A DNA stretch of 64,000 bases from an uncultured Coriobacteriaceae bacterium (GCA_963648385.1 CAVJDU010000001.1:19579-83578); one strand, 5' to 3'. Positions 17,582 through 26,855 are shown, counted from the stretch's first letter. Translations and numbers: made by a program. Notes: a model not told the origin generated them from the letters alone.

Positions 17582-18265
17582 ATGAAACCAATGTTTAACC
17601 CGTCGCTCATGTGTATGGATCTTCTGGATATCAAAAATCAAACGGAGATACTCAACGAAAGATGCGACCTCTACCATGTTGATATAATGGACGGTCATTT
17701 CGTCAAGAACATCACGCTTTCCCCGGATTTTGTAAAGGCGTTTTCAACGATCGCAAAAAAACCGATCGACTGCCATTTGATGGTTACGAATCCCGATGAT
17801 TATATTGAAAGTCTCGCCGAGGCAGGGGCAGGCTATATCTGTCCCCATGCCGAAACAATAGTCAACGACGCATTCAGAATCATGAACAAGATCGAATCGC
17901 TCGGCTGCAAAAAAGGCGTTGTGCTCAGTCCGTCAACTCCGCTTTCCGCAATCAGGCATTATATCAACAGAATCGACAAGCTCACGATAATGTCTGTCGA
18001 TCCGGGATTTGCAGGTCAGCCGTTTATTGAAGAAATGCTTGCGAAAATCAGCGAGGCAAGAGAGCTTAAAGAGCAGTACGGATACAATTATCTTATCGAG
18101 GTTGACGGCTCATGTAATCAGAAAACTTTCAAGCGCCTTTATGACGCAGGAACGGAAGTGTTCATCGTCGGTTCATCGGGTCTTTTCTCAAAGGATCACG
18201 ATCTTTGCAAGGCATGGGATATCATGATAGATGAATTCAAGACCTTGACAGGCGCAGAAATATAA
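17582..18265 (+). CDS. alsE: D-allulose-6-phosphate 3-epimerase
   Basis: There are blocks near-identical to E. coli AlsE as I remember it: PSLMCMDL, DIMDGHFV.N.TLSP, DCHLMVT.P.DYI, VDPGFAGQPFI, EVDGSCNQ, FIVG.SGLF. ATG 17582 with SD AAGGGGTG. The track ORF start at 17471 overlaps the permease gene. Confidence 0.85.
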   Translation: MKPMFNPSLMCMDLLDIKNQTEILNERCDLYHVDIMDGHFVKNITLSPDFVKAFSTIAKKPIDCHLMVTNPDDYIESLAEAGAGYICPHAETIVNDAFRIMNKIESLGCKKGVVLSPSTPLSAIRHYINRIDKLTIMSVDPGFAGQPFIEEMLAKISEARELKEQYGYNYLIEVDGSCNQKTFKRLYDAGTEVFIVGSSGLFSKDHDLCKAWDIMIDEFKTLTGAEI

Positions 18266-18294
18266 ATGACCTTTCACCGAAGGAGGTGGAGCGA

Positions 18295-19203
18295 ATGGCA
18301 AAATTAACCTTAGGTATTGACATCGGCGGAACTAATTTCAGGCTCGGCGCAGTTGACGAGGACGGCAATATCAGTCATTTTGAAAAGAATTCCAGCAGGG
18401 TTTTTGACTCGGGCGATGTTGTTGATACAATACGAGAGAAAATCGAGAATTATATGGACAGATACGGTATCCGTGATTCTGTCAAAGCCGCAGCGGTAGG
18501 AATTCCGTCGATCGTCAGCAAGGATAAGAAAACGATAATTTCAACCCCGAATCTCAAAGGCTTCAATAATATCAGGTTCAGCGATAAACTCGGAGAAAAG
18601 CTCGGTATTCCGGTTTTTCTTGACAGAGATGTAAATTTTCTCCTTATGAACGATATGAATAAGCTGAAAATTGACAATAATAAAACCGTGCTCGGCTTTT
18701 ATATCGGAACGGGATTCGGAAACGCTATATGCATTAACGGTAAGCTGTATGCCGGCAAGAACGGCGCGGCGGGCGAGCTTGGACACATTCCGCTCTACGG
18801 GGTTGACGAGCAGTGCACCTGCGGCAATGTCGGTTGCTCGGAAACAAGATGTTCGGGCAAAAGGCTCGAGTATCTTGCCGAAAAATATTTTCCCGATGTT
18901 CCGATAAGAGAGGTTTTCAAGTATCACGGTAATTCACCGATAATCTTGAAATTTGTGAGGGATCTTGCAATCCCGATCGCAACGGAGATCAATATCCTTG
19001 ACCCCGATTATTCGATAATCGCAGGCGGAGTTACCTTCATGGAGGGATTCCCAAAGGAGGTTCTTATCGAAGCGGTTCACAGAATGGCTCGCAGACCGTA
19101 TCCTGAGCAAAATCTCGAAATCATGTTCACGGAGCACGATCAGCAGAGCGGAATTTACGGCAGCGGAATTTACGCTCACCGAATGTTGAAGGATATTATC
19201 TGA
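18295..19203 (+). CDS. alsK: ROK-family sugar kinase, D-allose kinase-like
   Basis: GIDIGGTNFR; IPSIVSKDKKTIISTPNL and AGELGHIPL....C.CGN.GC.ET.CSG match remembered AlsK blocks. SD GAAGGAGGTG lies 6 nt upstream of ATG 18295. Confidence 0.8.
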   Translation: MAKLTLGIDIGGTNFRLGAVDEDGNISHFEKNSSRVFDSGDVVDTIREKIENYMDRYGIRDSVKAAAVGIPSIVSKDKKTIISTPNLKGFNNIRFSDKLGEKLGIPVFLDRDVNFLLMNDMNKLKIDNNKTVLGFYIGTGFGNAICINGKLYAGKNGAAGELGHIPLYGVDEQCTCGNVGCSETRCSGKRLEYLAEKYFPDVPIREVFKYHGNSPIILKFVRDLAIPIATEINILDPDYSIIAGGVTFMEGFPKEVLIEAVHRMARRPYPEQNLEIMFTEHDQQSGIYGSGIYAHRMLKDII

Positions 19204-19287
19204 CGAAAGTCGGTAATATAAATTAACCGCCGATAAAATCATAACACAATTCTCGGCGGCTGCTAAAAAACAGAAAGGATGAACATT

Positions 19288-20250
19288 ATGAAAAAGACAC
19301 GAATTCTCAGCATCATTATGGCGGCGGTTCTGGTATTTTCACTTGTACTCACGGGCTGCGGCAAGAGCGACAGCACAACCAAAGATACAGGCAGTGCGGA
19401 TTATGCGATGATTCTCAAGCCGCTCTCAAATGACTTCTGGGCGAAGATGAAGGCAGGCATTGAGGAGGAAGCAAAGAAGCAGGGCGTTACCGTTGATATT
19501 TTTGCCGCAACAACGGAGGAGGACACGGAAGGTCAGCTCAGAATCCTCGAAAATTGTATCAATAAGGGCTACAAGGCAATCGGTGTTGCTCCGCTTTCAC
19601 CGACCAATCTTATCAACGGTATCGTTGAGGCCAACAAGAAGGGCATCTATGTCATGAACATTGACGAGAAGATCGACATGGATTCTCTCAAGGCGGCGGG
19701 CGGCAGCGTTATCGCTTTCGCAACAACGGATAACGAAAAGGTCGGCGAAAAGGGCGCACAGTATATCATTGAGCAGCTTACCGACGGCGGCGAGGTCGCC
19801 ATTGTCGAGGGTAAGGCAGGTAACGCTTCGGGCGAATCGAGAAAAACGGGTGCAACGAACGCATTCAATGCCAGCTCAAAGGTTAAGCTCGTAGCTTCTC
19901 AGCCGGCAGACTGGGATCGCCAGAAGGCTCTTGACACTGCGGCAAGCATGATCCAGTCAAATCCGAACCTCAAGGCTATCTATTGCTGCAACGACACAAT
20001 GGCACTCGGTGTTCTTCAGGCGGTCAAGAATGCGGGCAAGGACATCATCGTAGTCGGCACGGACGGCGCAGAGGAAGCTCTTGAAAGCGTTAAGGCGGGC
20101 GAGCTTTCGGCAACGGTTGCTCAGGACTCCGCAGGAATCGGCGCAACATCGCTCAAGCGTATGATCCAGGCCGTTAACAATAACGAGACGATCGACGCTA
20201 ACGCAACTCCCGAAACTATTCCCGTTGATTCAAATCTTGTTACGAAATAA
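19288..20250 (+). CDS. Sugar ABC transporter substrate-binding lipoprotein (AlsB/RbsB-like)
   Basis: Lipobox LTGCGKS, and a periplasmic-binding-protein type I fold (YCCNDTMALGVLQAVKNAGK). ATG 19288 lies 8 nt after GAAAGGA. Confidence 0.85.
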   Translation: MKKTRILSIIMAAVLVFSLVLTGCGKSDSTTKDTGSADYAMILKPLSNDFWAKMKAGIEEEAKKQGVTVDIFAATTEEDTEGQLRILENCINKGYKAIGVAPLSPTNLINGIVEANKKGIYVMNIDEKIDMDSLKAAGGSVIAFATTDNEKVGEKGAQYIIEQLTDGGEVAIVEGKAGNASGESRKTGATNAFNASSKVKLVASQPADWDRQKALDTAASMIQSNPNLKAIYCCNDTMALGVLQAVKNAGKDIIVVGTDGAEEALESVKAGELSATVAQDSAGIGATSLKRMIQAVNNNETIDANATPETIPVDSNLVTK

Positions 20251-20280
20251 GGTTCTTTCCTCCGAACTTTATTTATAAAG

Positions 20281-20314
20281 CTCCGGGACAAACGAAGCAT
20301 AATGCGTCCCGGAG
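20281..20314 (+). repeat. Hairpin (9-bp stem, 16-nt loop) just after the binding-protein gene
   Basis: CTCCGGGAC ... GTCCCGGAG. No U-tract follows. Confidence 0.6.
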
Positions 20315-20325
20315 AGAAAAGTGAA

Positions 20326-20400
20326 AAAACATCGGTTGGCTTGATATTATCCCCTTCTATTTTCAAAACTGCTTTACTACTTCAAACCAACCGATGTTTT
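20326..20400 (+). repeat. Perfect 14-bp inverted repeat around a 47-nt loop, abutting the rpiB SD
   Basis: AAAACATCGGTTGG ... CCAACCGATGTTTT, followed immediately by GAAAGGTGGA and ATG 20416. Confidence 0.7.
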
Positions 20401-20415
20401 GAAAGGTGGATTATA

Positions 20416-20859
20416 ATGAAAATCGCAATAGGCTGTGACCATGTCGGATTTGAACTGAAAGGCAAGGTCATTGAGCATCTCAAAGAAAAAGGAATCGAGG
20501 TCGTTGACTTCGGAACAAACAGCACCGAACGCACGGATTACCCCATTTACGGCAAGGCGGTAGGTGAGGCTGTAGCTTCGGGGGAATGCGACAAGGGTAT
20601 TCTTATTTGCGGAACCGGCGTGGGTATTTCGCTGGCAGCAAACAAGGTCAAGGGTATTCGTGCCGTCGTTTGCAGCGAACCGTATTCGGCTCTGCTTTCA
20701 AGGCAGCATAACGACACGAATGTGCTTGCTTTCGGCGCAAGAGTTGTCGGACTTGATCTCGCCCTGATGATAGTTGACGCATGGCTCTCGGGAGTTTACG
20801 AGGGCGGCCGTCATGCAAGGAGAGTGCAGATGCTTGCCGATATCGAAAACGAAAGATAA
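20416..20859 (+). CDS. rpiB: Ribose-5-phosphate isomerase B / allose-6-phosphate isomerase (RpiB/LacAB family)
   Basis: MKIAIGCDHVGFELK..., ILICGTGVGISLAANK, GARVVG. Confidence 0.9.
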   Translation: MKIAIGCDHVGFELKGKVIEHLKEKGIEVVDFGTNSTERTDYPIYGKAVGEAVASGECDKGILICGTGVGISLAANKVKGIRAVVCSEPYSALLSRQHNDTNVLAFGARVVGLDLALMIVDAWLSGVYEGGRHARRVQMLADIENER

Positions 20860-20872
20860 ACACGAAAAAACA

Positions 20873-20916
20873 AAGGCTATAAACCACATTGCAAATGCTT
20901 TGTGATTTATAGCCTT
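20873..20916. terminator. Long hairpin terminator between convergent rpiB and the aldolase gene
   Basis: AAGGCTATAAACCACA / TGTGATTTATAGCCTT, 16 positions with one mismatch. Confidence 0.65.
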
Positions 20917-20941
20917 AATTATATTTTGATTGGGTCAGCGA

Positions 20942-22153
20942 TTATTCCGCTGCTTTCTTGGAGTATTTGTTCACATAAATTACCCGCTGAAGCGCACGAT
21001 CTGCATAGCCGAGCGGTTCGCCGCTTCCGAGGAAAAGCGAACCTATCTGAGCTTTACATTCCTTGCTCATAACAAGCTCGACTGCGTCAAGGTCGCCAAT
21101 CGTTTTGCCGGTGACAATTGCTCCCGAACCATGGATAAGCACGGCATTTTTGCCTTTGATTTTTCTTGCTGCCTCCGATGCGCAGTTTGCCGAACCGTCC
21201 CAACGGAACGAACCGATTTTTGGTCCTGCGATCTGAGCGAAGTCGTCAAGCCTTGCCTCTATCGAATTCGAGGTCATGCTGTATGCAATGATATCGCTTT
21301 CCGAAAAATGGCGAATGTAATTGACATCGGACGATTTGTAGATCGTCGCATGGATTTTTGCAACCGCCGGCAGCTTTTCGTCGCTGTCGCAGGTGCAGCC
21401 CTTGATTTTAACATTGAAGCTTGCGCCGCTCTTGAAAGTCAGCAGGAAGAACTCGCCGTCTCTGACGCTGCTGCCGAAATCGGACACATATTTGGGCAAA
21501 GCCTTGCCGCCGGTATGTCTGATATAGCTGTTGAGCATATTTTTCTTTGTGTATTCCGGTGTGCCTTCATACATAAGGAATGCCTTTTCAAGCTTGATTT
21601 CGCACGCTTTTTCGAGAGCTTGAATGATCTCAAAGGTTTCGTCAAAATCCTTGCCGAGGCAGACCGCACCGTGATGTGACATCAGGAACGCCTTGCAATC
21701 GGGATTGCTTGCATATTCCTTTTTAACGGCGTTTCTCAGCTTATCCGTTGAGGGCATTCCGTAGCCTGCGCACGGAACATTCTCGCCGAGAATATCTCTG
21801 TAGGCCTTCGGCACGGGATCAATGGCAATGCCTGCCGCTCCGATGATCGAAGCGTTGACCTGATGGGTGTGAATAACAAAATTTACATCGCTTCTCAATG
21901 CGTAAGCGTCGGCATGGATGCCTTTTTCGCTTGAGGGCTTGATGTCTCCCTCGCAGCTGCAATCGTCAATGTTGACGACAACAATATCGTCAGGCGTGAG
22001 CGTGTCGTATGCTCTGCCGCTCGGAGTGATGACAAACTGCGTGTCCGAGATCCTTGCGCTTACATTTCCCCACGTTCTCGCTATCAGGCCTGTTTCAAGC
22101 AGTCTGTGACCGGCTTCGATAACGGCCTTTTTACCTTCTTCCAAAGTGTACAC
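20942..22153 (-). CDS. Class II aldolase/adducin-family protein with two tandem aldolase-II-like halves
   Basis: The N-terminal half has ARTWGNVSAR...FVITPSG...VIHTHQ. A second, divergent repeat lies in the C-terminal half (YIRHFSESD...AVLIHGSGAIVTG). GTG start with SD AAGGGGA. It begins 22 nt downstream of the aminotransferase gene. Confidence 0.7.
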   Translation of the reverse strand: MYTLEEGKKAVIEAGHRLLETGLIARTWGNVSARISDTQFVITPSGRAYDTLTPDDIVVVNIDDCSCEGDIKPSSEKGIHADAYALRSDVNFVIHTHQVNASIIGAAGIAIDPVPKAYRDILGENVPCAGYGMPSTDKLRNAVKKEYASNPDCKAFLMSHHGAVCLGKDFDETFEIIQALEKACEIKLEKAFLMYEGTPEYTKKNMLNSYIRHTGGKALPKYVSDFGSSVRDGEFFLLTFKSGASFNVKIKGCTCDSDEKLPAVAKIHATIYKSSDVNYIRHFSESDIIAYSMTSNSIEARLDDFAQIAGPKIGSFRWDGSANCASEAARKIKGKNAVLIHGSGAIVTGKTIGDLDAVELVMSKECKAQIGSLFLGSGEPLGYADRALQRVIYVNKYSKKAAE

Positions 22154-22175
22154 TTAAACCGTCCCCTTATTTTAT

Positions 22176-23654
22176 TTAACCGATTCTGCCGCAGTTGTCG
22201 AATACCTTATCGAATCTTGCTATGGCGTCGTCGATATCTTCTTCCGTGTATGCTGCGCTGGTGTAAAGTCTGCTGCCGGCGAGAGTGACCATGCCCTCTG
22301 CCATATATGCTGCGCCCATGTGCTCCATTTCCTTCTGGCGTGCGCTTGTCTGCTTGAGGATCTCCGGGATCTCCCACGGCTTCGACCAGTTGATCGCAAA
22401 GTGCATTGTGCCTACCGTGTCAAGGTGGCAGATCGAGCCCTGGTTGAATGCAACGAACGGAAGATTATGTTTCTTGATGGATTTCTGAATTCCCTCAATG
22501 AGTCTGTCACCCATGAGTCCTGCCTTTTCGCAGGCGTTCGTTCTTTCGATTTCGCAGATCGTATGATATCCGGCAACACATGAAAGCGGAGTTGCCGCCA
22601 TCGTGCCGCCGCACATCGCTTTTTTTACCTTTTTGCCCGAGGAATCGAGTCCTGCGCCGAGGTGAGCCATAACATCTCTGTGACCGCCGATGCCGCCCGC
22701 TCCCGGATATCCGCCGGCAACGATCTTGCCGAAGATGGTGAGGTCGGGATCAACGCCGAAGTAGCCCTGCGCACCTGAAAGTCCGATTCTGAAGCCGGTA
22801 ACGACCTCGTCGAAGATAAGAAGTGCGCCGTATTTGTGGCAGAGAGCCTCTGCGCCCTTGATGAATTCCTTGCTCAGCGGTCTTGTTCCGCTCTCGGGAC
22901 CCACAGGCTCGATGAATACGCCTGCCGTGCCGCCCGTAAGCTCGTTTTTCTTGAGCTTTCTCTCAAGGTCGTTGAGATCATTCGGGAAGAACTCGTCCGT
23001 ATGCTTGAATACAAACATCGGAACGCCTCTTGACTGGAGATTTTTTGTGCCCGGAACTCTCATGCCGTAAGCGAGCTGATCCGACCAGCCATGGTATGCG
23101 CCGCCCATTTTAAGAATATTTTTGTGCTTCGTCGCAAGTCTTGCAACACGAACCGCACACATACATGATTCTGTGCCCGAACCGAGCATACGGAACATCT
23201 CGACAGACGGAACACATTCGGCAATCTTGTTTGCGAGCTTGTACTCATATTCATGAAAAAGACCGGTTGACGGGCCGCAGTCGTTGAGCAGCTCAATGAC
23301 CTTTTCACGAACTTCCGGAGGGTTGCTGCCGATAATTGTCGGACCGCCGGCCTGAAGAAAATCGTAATATTCGTTGCCGTCTATATCGTAGAGTTTGTTT
23401 CCCGAAGCCTTTGTAAAGACGAGCGGAAACGGATAGTTGAACGCAAGGTTGTGCTGAACGCCGCCGGGGATTCTCTGCTTGGCGATATCGATCATTTCCT
23501 TTGACTTTGCGCATTTTTTTGCGTAGTATTCGTTCTCATATTTTTTGAGAGCGTCCGGCTTGATGCTGTAGATCGGTTTTTTGATGAGAGCGTCAAGCTC
23601 TTTTGTCACCTTATCGGCATCAAGATAATTCTTGATAGCAAAATTGTTACCCAT
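22176..23654 (-). CDS. Class III PLP-dependent aminotransferase / glutamate-1-semialdehyde aminomutase-like enzyme
   Basis: GSGTESCMCAVRVAR, LIFDEVVTGFRIG, and a PLP-lysine context TIFGKIVAGGYP. There is an N-terminal extension of about 50 aa. SD AAGGAGG. Confidence 0.8.
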   Translation of the reverse strand: MGNNFAIKNYLDADKVTKELDALIKKPIYSIKPDALKKYENEYYAKKCAKSKEMIDIAKQRIPGGVQHNLAFNYPFPLVFTKASGNKLYDIDGNEYYDFLQAGGPTIIGSNPPEVREKVIELLNDCGPSTGLFHEYEYKLANKIAECVPSVEMFRMLGSGTESCMCAVRVARLATKHKNILKMGGAYHGWSDQLAYGMRVPGTKNLQSRGVPMFVFKHTDEFFPNDLNDLERKLKKNELTGGTAGVFIEPVGPESGTRPLSKEFIKGAEALCHKYGALLIFDEVVTGFRIGLSGAQGYFGVDPDLTIFGKIVAGGYPGAGGIGGHRDVMAHLGAGLDSSGKKVKKAMCGGTMAATPLSCVAGYHTICEIERTNACEKAGLMGDRLIEGIQKSIKKHNLPFVAFNQGSICHLDTVGTMHFAINWSKPWEIPEILKQTSARQKEMEHMGAAYMAEGMVTLAGSRLYTSAAYTEEDIDDAIARFDKVFDNCGRIG

Positions 23655-23761
23655 GAATAATCCTCCTTTTGAGTTTGTTTGATATTATTCTAACACATTT
23701 GGTTTCATTTTTAAATATGTCATTAAAAATTTTTTGTAAAATTTAATAAAATATTTTAAGT

Positions 23762-23860
23762 CAATACCGCACAATAGGGGGTGTTCGGTGTTGACTTATA
23801 CAAATGGAGGCGTGCAAGTGGTTAACACGCAATGTGTGCGTCTCAATTTGTGCTGTATTG
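23762..23860. repeat. Intergenic inverted-repeat element, copy 1 (termini CAATACCGCACAAT / ATTTGTGCTGTATTG)
   Basis: The left end AATACCGCACAATAGGGGGTGTTCGG closely matches the reverse complement of the right end of the 28477-28631 element (AACGCCGAACAATCGGGGTGTGCGG). Confidence 0.5.
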
Positions 23861-23927
23861 CCTTTACTTTTAAGTTGGTTTATGATAGAATAAAGATAGA
23901 AAAATTTTTTCGACTGGAGTGTTGAAT

Positions 23928-25526
23928 ATGAGTGCTTATGTTATTGCCTATGATGTCGGAACGACGGGACTTAAAACCTGCCTTTTTGAAATTGACAAAA
24001 AGATAAAACCGATAGTCAATTCCTACGGCTCATACAACCTGTATATTCTTGAAAACGGAGGAGCCGAGCAGGATGCGGAGGAATGGTGGGACGCAATGTG
24101 CGCAACCACAAAAGAGATCTTCACAAAGACGGATATCAAACCGGAGCAGATTTCCGGAATTTCATTCTGCTCCCAGATGCAGGGCATCGTTCTTGTCGAT
24201 AAAAACGGCGATCCGGTTCGCAGACCTATGAGCTATATGGATCAGCGAGCCAAGGAGGAACTGAAAAAATACATGGCATACGGCTTGCAAATCGCCGGCG
24301 CAAATATTGTTCCGCTTCTCAAATCCCTTGCCGTTACCGGAGCGGTGTCGTGCAGCGTTAAAGACCCCGTCTATAAATACAAATGGGTCGAAAATCATGA
24401 GCCGGAGAACTACAAAAGAACATATAAATGGCTTGATGTCAAGGACTTTCTTATCAGCCGCTGTACGGGTAAATTCACAATGACAAAGGATTCGGCGTTC
24501 GCTACCCTTCTTTATGACACGAGAAAGGGCAAGGAGGGCTGGAGCAAGACCGTTGCCGATATTTTCAAGGTAAACATGAATCATTTGCCCGATATAATCG
24601 AGGCGACGGACATGGTCGGCGGAGTTACGGAGAAGGCGGCGGAAAAGCTCGGACTTTTGCCGGGAACGCCTGTTTTCGGCGGCGGCGGAGACGCTTCGCT
24701 CATCGGCGTGGGCGCAGGCAGCTGTGCGGTCGGCGATACGCATATTTATTCCGGCACATCGGGCTGGGTCGGCACGGTCGTCGGAAAGCAGCTTGTCGAT
24801 ACCTCGGCGATGATCGCCGCAATAGTGGGCGCAGATCCGAACAGCTTTAACTATTTTGCCGAGATGGAGACTGCGGGCAAGTGCCTTGAGTGGGTCAAGG
24901 ATCACCTTTGCCTTGATGAAATCGGAATTTTCATCGAGAAAAAGAAAATTACGGATCATACCGAAAAGGCGTATACCAGCCTTTATGACTACATGACGGA
25001 GGTCGTCGATACTGTTCCGGCAGGTGCAAACGGAGTTATTTTCACCCCGTGGCTTCATGGCAACCGCTGCCCGTTTGAAGACCCGAACGCTGCGGGAATT
25101 TTCTTCAATATCAATATAAACACGGGCAAATCCGATATGCTCAGAGCCGTCATTGAGGGCGTTTGCTATCATCTTCGTTGGCTGCTTGAGGCTGAGGACA
25201 GAAAGATAAAGACCTCACAGACGATTCGTTTCGTCGGCGGCGGTGCGCTTTCCGATGTTACGGCGCAGATCCTTGCCGATATAACGGGCAGAACCATCGA
25301 GGTCGTTGAAAAGCCGCAGGATGTCGGCGCAGTCGGTGCGGCGGCTATTATAGGAATCGGACTCGGCATTATAAAGGATCTCGGCAGCGTTAAGGACTAT
25401 ATCCTTGTCAAGAAATCATTCAAGCCGAGAACTGCGGATAAAAAGGTTTATGACAAAAACTTTGAAGTCTTTAAGAAGCTTTATGCTTCAAACAAAAAGA
25501 ATTTTCAGATGCTTAATGAGCGATAA
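23928..25526 (+). CDS. FGGY-family carbohydrate kinase (xylulokinase-like)
   Basis: YVIAYDVGTTGLK, GGGDASLIGVGAG, RFVGGGALS. I prefer ATG 23928 after GGAGTG. Confidence 0.85.
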   Translation: MSAYVIAYDVGTTGLKTCLFEIDKKIKPIVNSYGSYNLYILENGGAEQDAEEWWDAMCATTKEIFTKTDIKPEQISGISFCSQMQGIVLVDKNGDPVRRPMSYMDQRAKEELKKYMAYGLQIAGANIVPLLKSLAVTGAVSCSVKDPVYKYKWVENHEPENYKRTYKWLDVKDFLISRCTGKFTMTKDSAFATLLYDTRKGKEGWSKTVADIFKVNMNHLPDIIEATDMVGGVTEKAAEKLGLLPGTPVFGGGGDASLIGVGAGSCAVGDTHIYSGTSGWVGTVVGKQLVDTSAMIAAIVGADPNSFNYFAEMETAGKCLEWVKDHLCLDEIGIFIEKKKITDHTEKAYTSLYDYMTEVVDTVPAGANGVIFTPWLHGNRCPFEDPNAAGIFFNININTGKSDMLRAVIEGVCYHLRWLLEAEDRKIKTSQTIRFVGGGALSDVTAQILADITGRTIEVVEKPQDVGAVGAAAIIGIGLGIIKDLGSVKDYILVKKSFKPRTADKKVYDKNFEVFKKLYASNKKNFQMLNER

Positions 25527-25547
25527 TAAACCCGAGGAGGTTTGATT

Positions 25548-25877
25548 ATGAACGGATACAAGAATATAGGCAAGGCAGAGATCCTCAAGCTTGAGCAGCA
25601 GGTTGAATATCAGCCGGGTCAGGTGGTCAGCAAAACTCTTGCGCAGAATTCCGCATTGAGCGTAACGCTTTTTGCCTTTGACAAGGGCGAGGAGATCAGC
25701 ACCCATGAATCGGGCGGCGACGCAATGGTCACCTGCCTTGACGGAACCGGAAAAATCACGATTGACGGAACGGAATATATCCTGCACAGGGGCGATACTA
25801 TCGTAATGCCTGCCAAGCACCCTCATGCCGTGTTCGGCGAGGAAAAATTCAAAATGCTTCTGACGGTTGTATTTTAA
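25548..25877 (+). CDS. Cupin-domain protein
   Basis: GEEISTHESGGDAMVTCLDG....GDTIVMPAKHPHAV, the two-motif cupin pattern. SD GAGGAGG lies 7 nt upstream. Confidence 0.6.
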   Translation: MNGYKNIGKAEILKLEQQVEYQPGQVVSKTLAQNSALSVTLFAFDKGEEISTHESGGDAMVTCLDGTGKITIDGTEYILHRGDTIVMPAKHPHAVFGEEKFKMLLTVVF

Positions 25878-25880
25878 GGC

Positions 25881-25892
25881 AACACCGCACAG
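25881..25892 (+). repeat. Partial copy of the AACACCGCACA motif
   Basis: AACACCGCACAG lies directly after the cupin stop codon. This is the same 11-mer that starts the 28477 element. Confidence 0.3.
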
Positions 25893-25909
25893 TTTAGCAA
25901 TAAATGCAC

Positions 25910-25957
25910 AATGCCTCCCTTTGGCTGGACTCATGGGGAGGCATTTGTTTTATTTTT
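25910..25957. terminator. Terminator between convergent cupin and rbsK genes
   Basis: AATGCCTCCC ... GGGAGGCATT (10-bp stem), followed by TGTTTTATTTTTT. Confidence 0.7.
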
Positions 25958-26855
25958 TCAGAAATTCTTCAACCTCGCTCAGCTTCGGGATAGAGGAGGA
26001 CGCACCGTTTTGCGAAACGGCAACCGCCGAGGCGGCTGAGGCATATTTCAGTGCGTCGGCAATACCGAGCGTATCTATAAGCGCAAAGAAAAATCCGAGG
26101 AATGTATCTCCGGCGGCGGTTGTGTCAACAACAGGAACATTGAATATTTTCTGATGATAAACTTTACCGTTTGCTTTACAAACAGAGCCGTCGGAACCGA
26201 GCGTAAGCAGGATTTTTGCCGACGGATATTTTTCTGAAAAAACGGAGAGAATTTTATCGGGACTACATTCGCCCGTAAGTTCTTCCGCCTCTGTTTCGTT
26301 AACAACAAACCATGTGATTTTATCAAGAGGGTAGGAGAGTATTTCCTTGCCGAACGGACTGGGATTGAACACAATTTCCATACCCTTTTCGCTTGCGTCG
26401 GATATAATTTTATCAACGCTGTTGATTTCGTTCTGCAAGAACAGACGGTCGCCCGCTTTGAAATCGGACAGCACCTTTTCAATATGCTCGCCGTCGATTT
26501 GCATATTTGCGCCGCCGAAAAGAAGTATACTGTTTTGACCGTCCTTGTCAACCTGAATAATGGCATGACCGCTCGGCAGATCGCATTTTTTTATAAGACC
26601 TGTGTCAATATTATTTTCTTTGAGCTTTTCGAGCAGCCGGTCGCCGTCGCTGCCGACGCAGCCGGCGTGAAATACCTTTGCGCCTGCTCTCGCAAGAGCG
26701 ATGGACTGATTCAGACCCTTGCCGCCGCAGAAGAATTCAAGCTTCGACGATGCGATCGTTTCTCCGGGACGAACCGTGTGCTCCACCGAATAGACCATAT
26801 CCTGATTCAGCGAACCGAAATTAAGGAAAATTATGTTGTTTTCAATCATTTTCAA
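25950..26855 (-). CDS. rbsK: Ribokinase (PfkB family)
   Basis: GGKGLNQSIALARAGA, and DTTAAGDTFLGFF near the C-terminus. Confidence 0.85.
   Translation of the reverse strand: MKMIENNIIFLNFGSLNQDMVYSVEHTVRPGETIASSKLEFFCGGKGLNQSIALARAGAKVFHAGCVGSDGDRLLEKLKENNIDTGLIKKCDLPSGHAIIQVDKDGQNSILLFGGANMQIDGEHIEKVLSDFKAGDRLFLQNEINSVDKIISDASEKGMEIVFNPSPFGKEILSYPLDKITWFVVNETEAEELTGECSPDKILSVFSEKYPSAKILLTLGSDGSVCKANGKVYHQKIFNVPVVDTTAAGDTFLGFFFALIDTLGIADALKYASAASAVAVSQNGASSSIPKLSEVEEFLKK

Noticed and set aside
24162-25172. A 336-aa ORF antisense to the FGGY kinase gene.
   Set aside because: It is a shadow ORF. The sense strand carries clear FGGY motifs, and the antisense product has no recognisable features.
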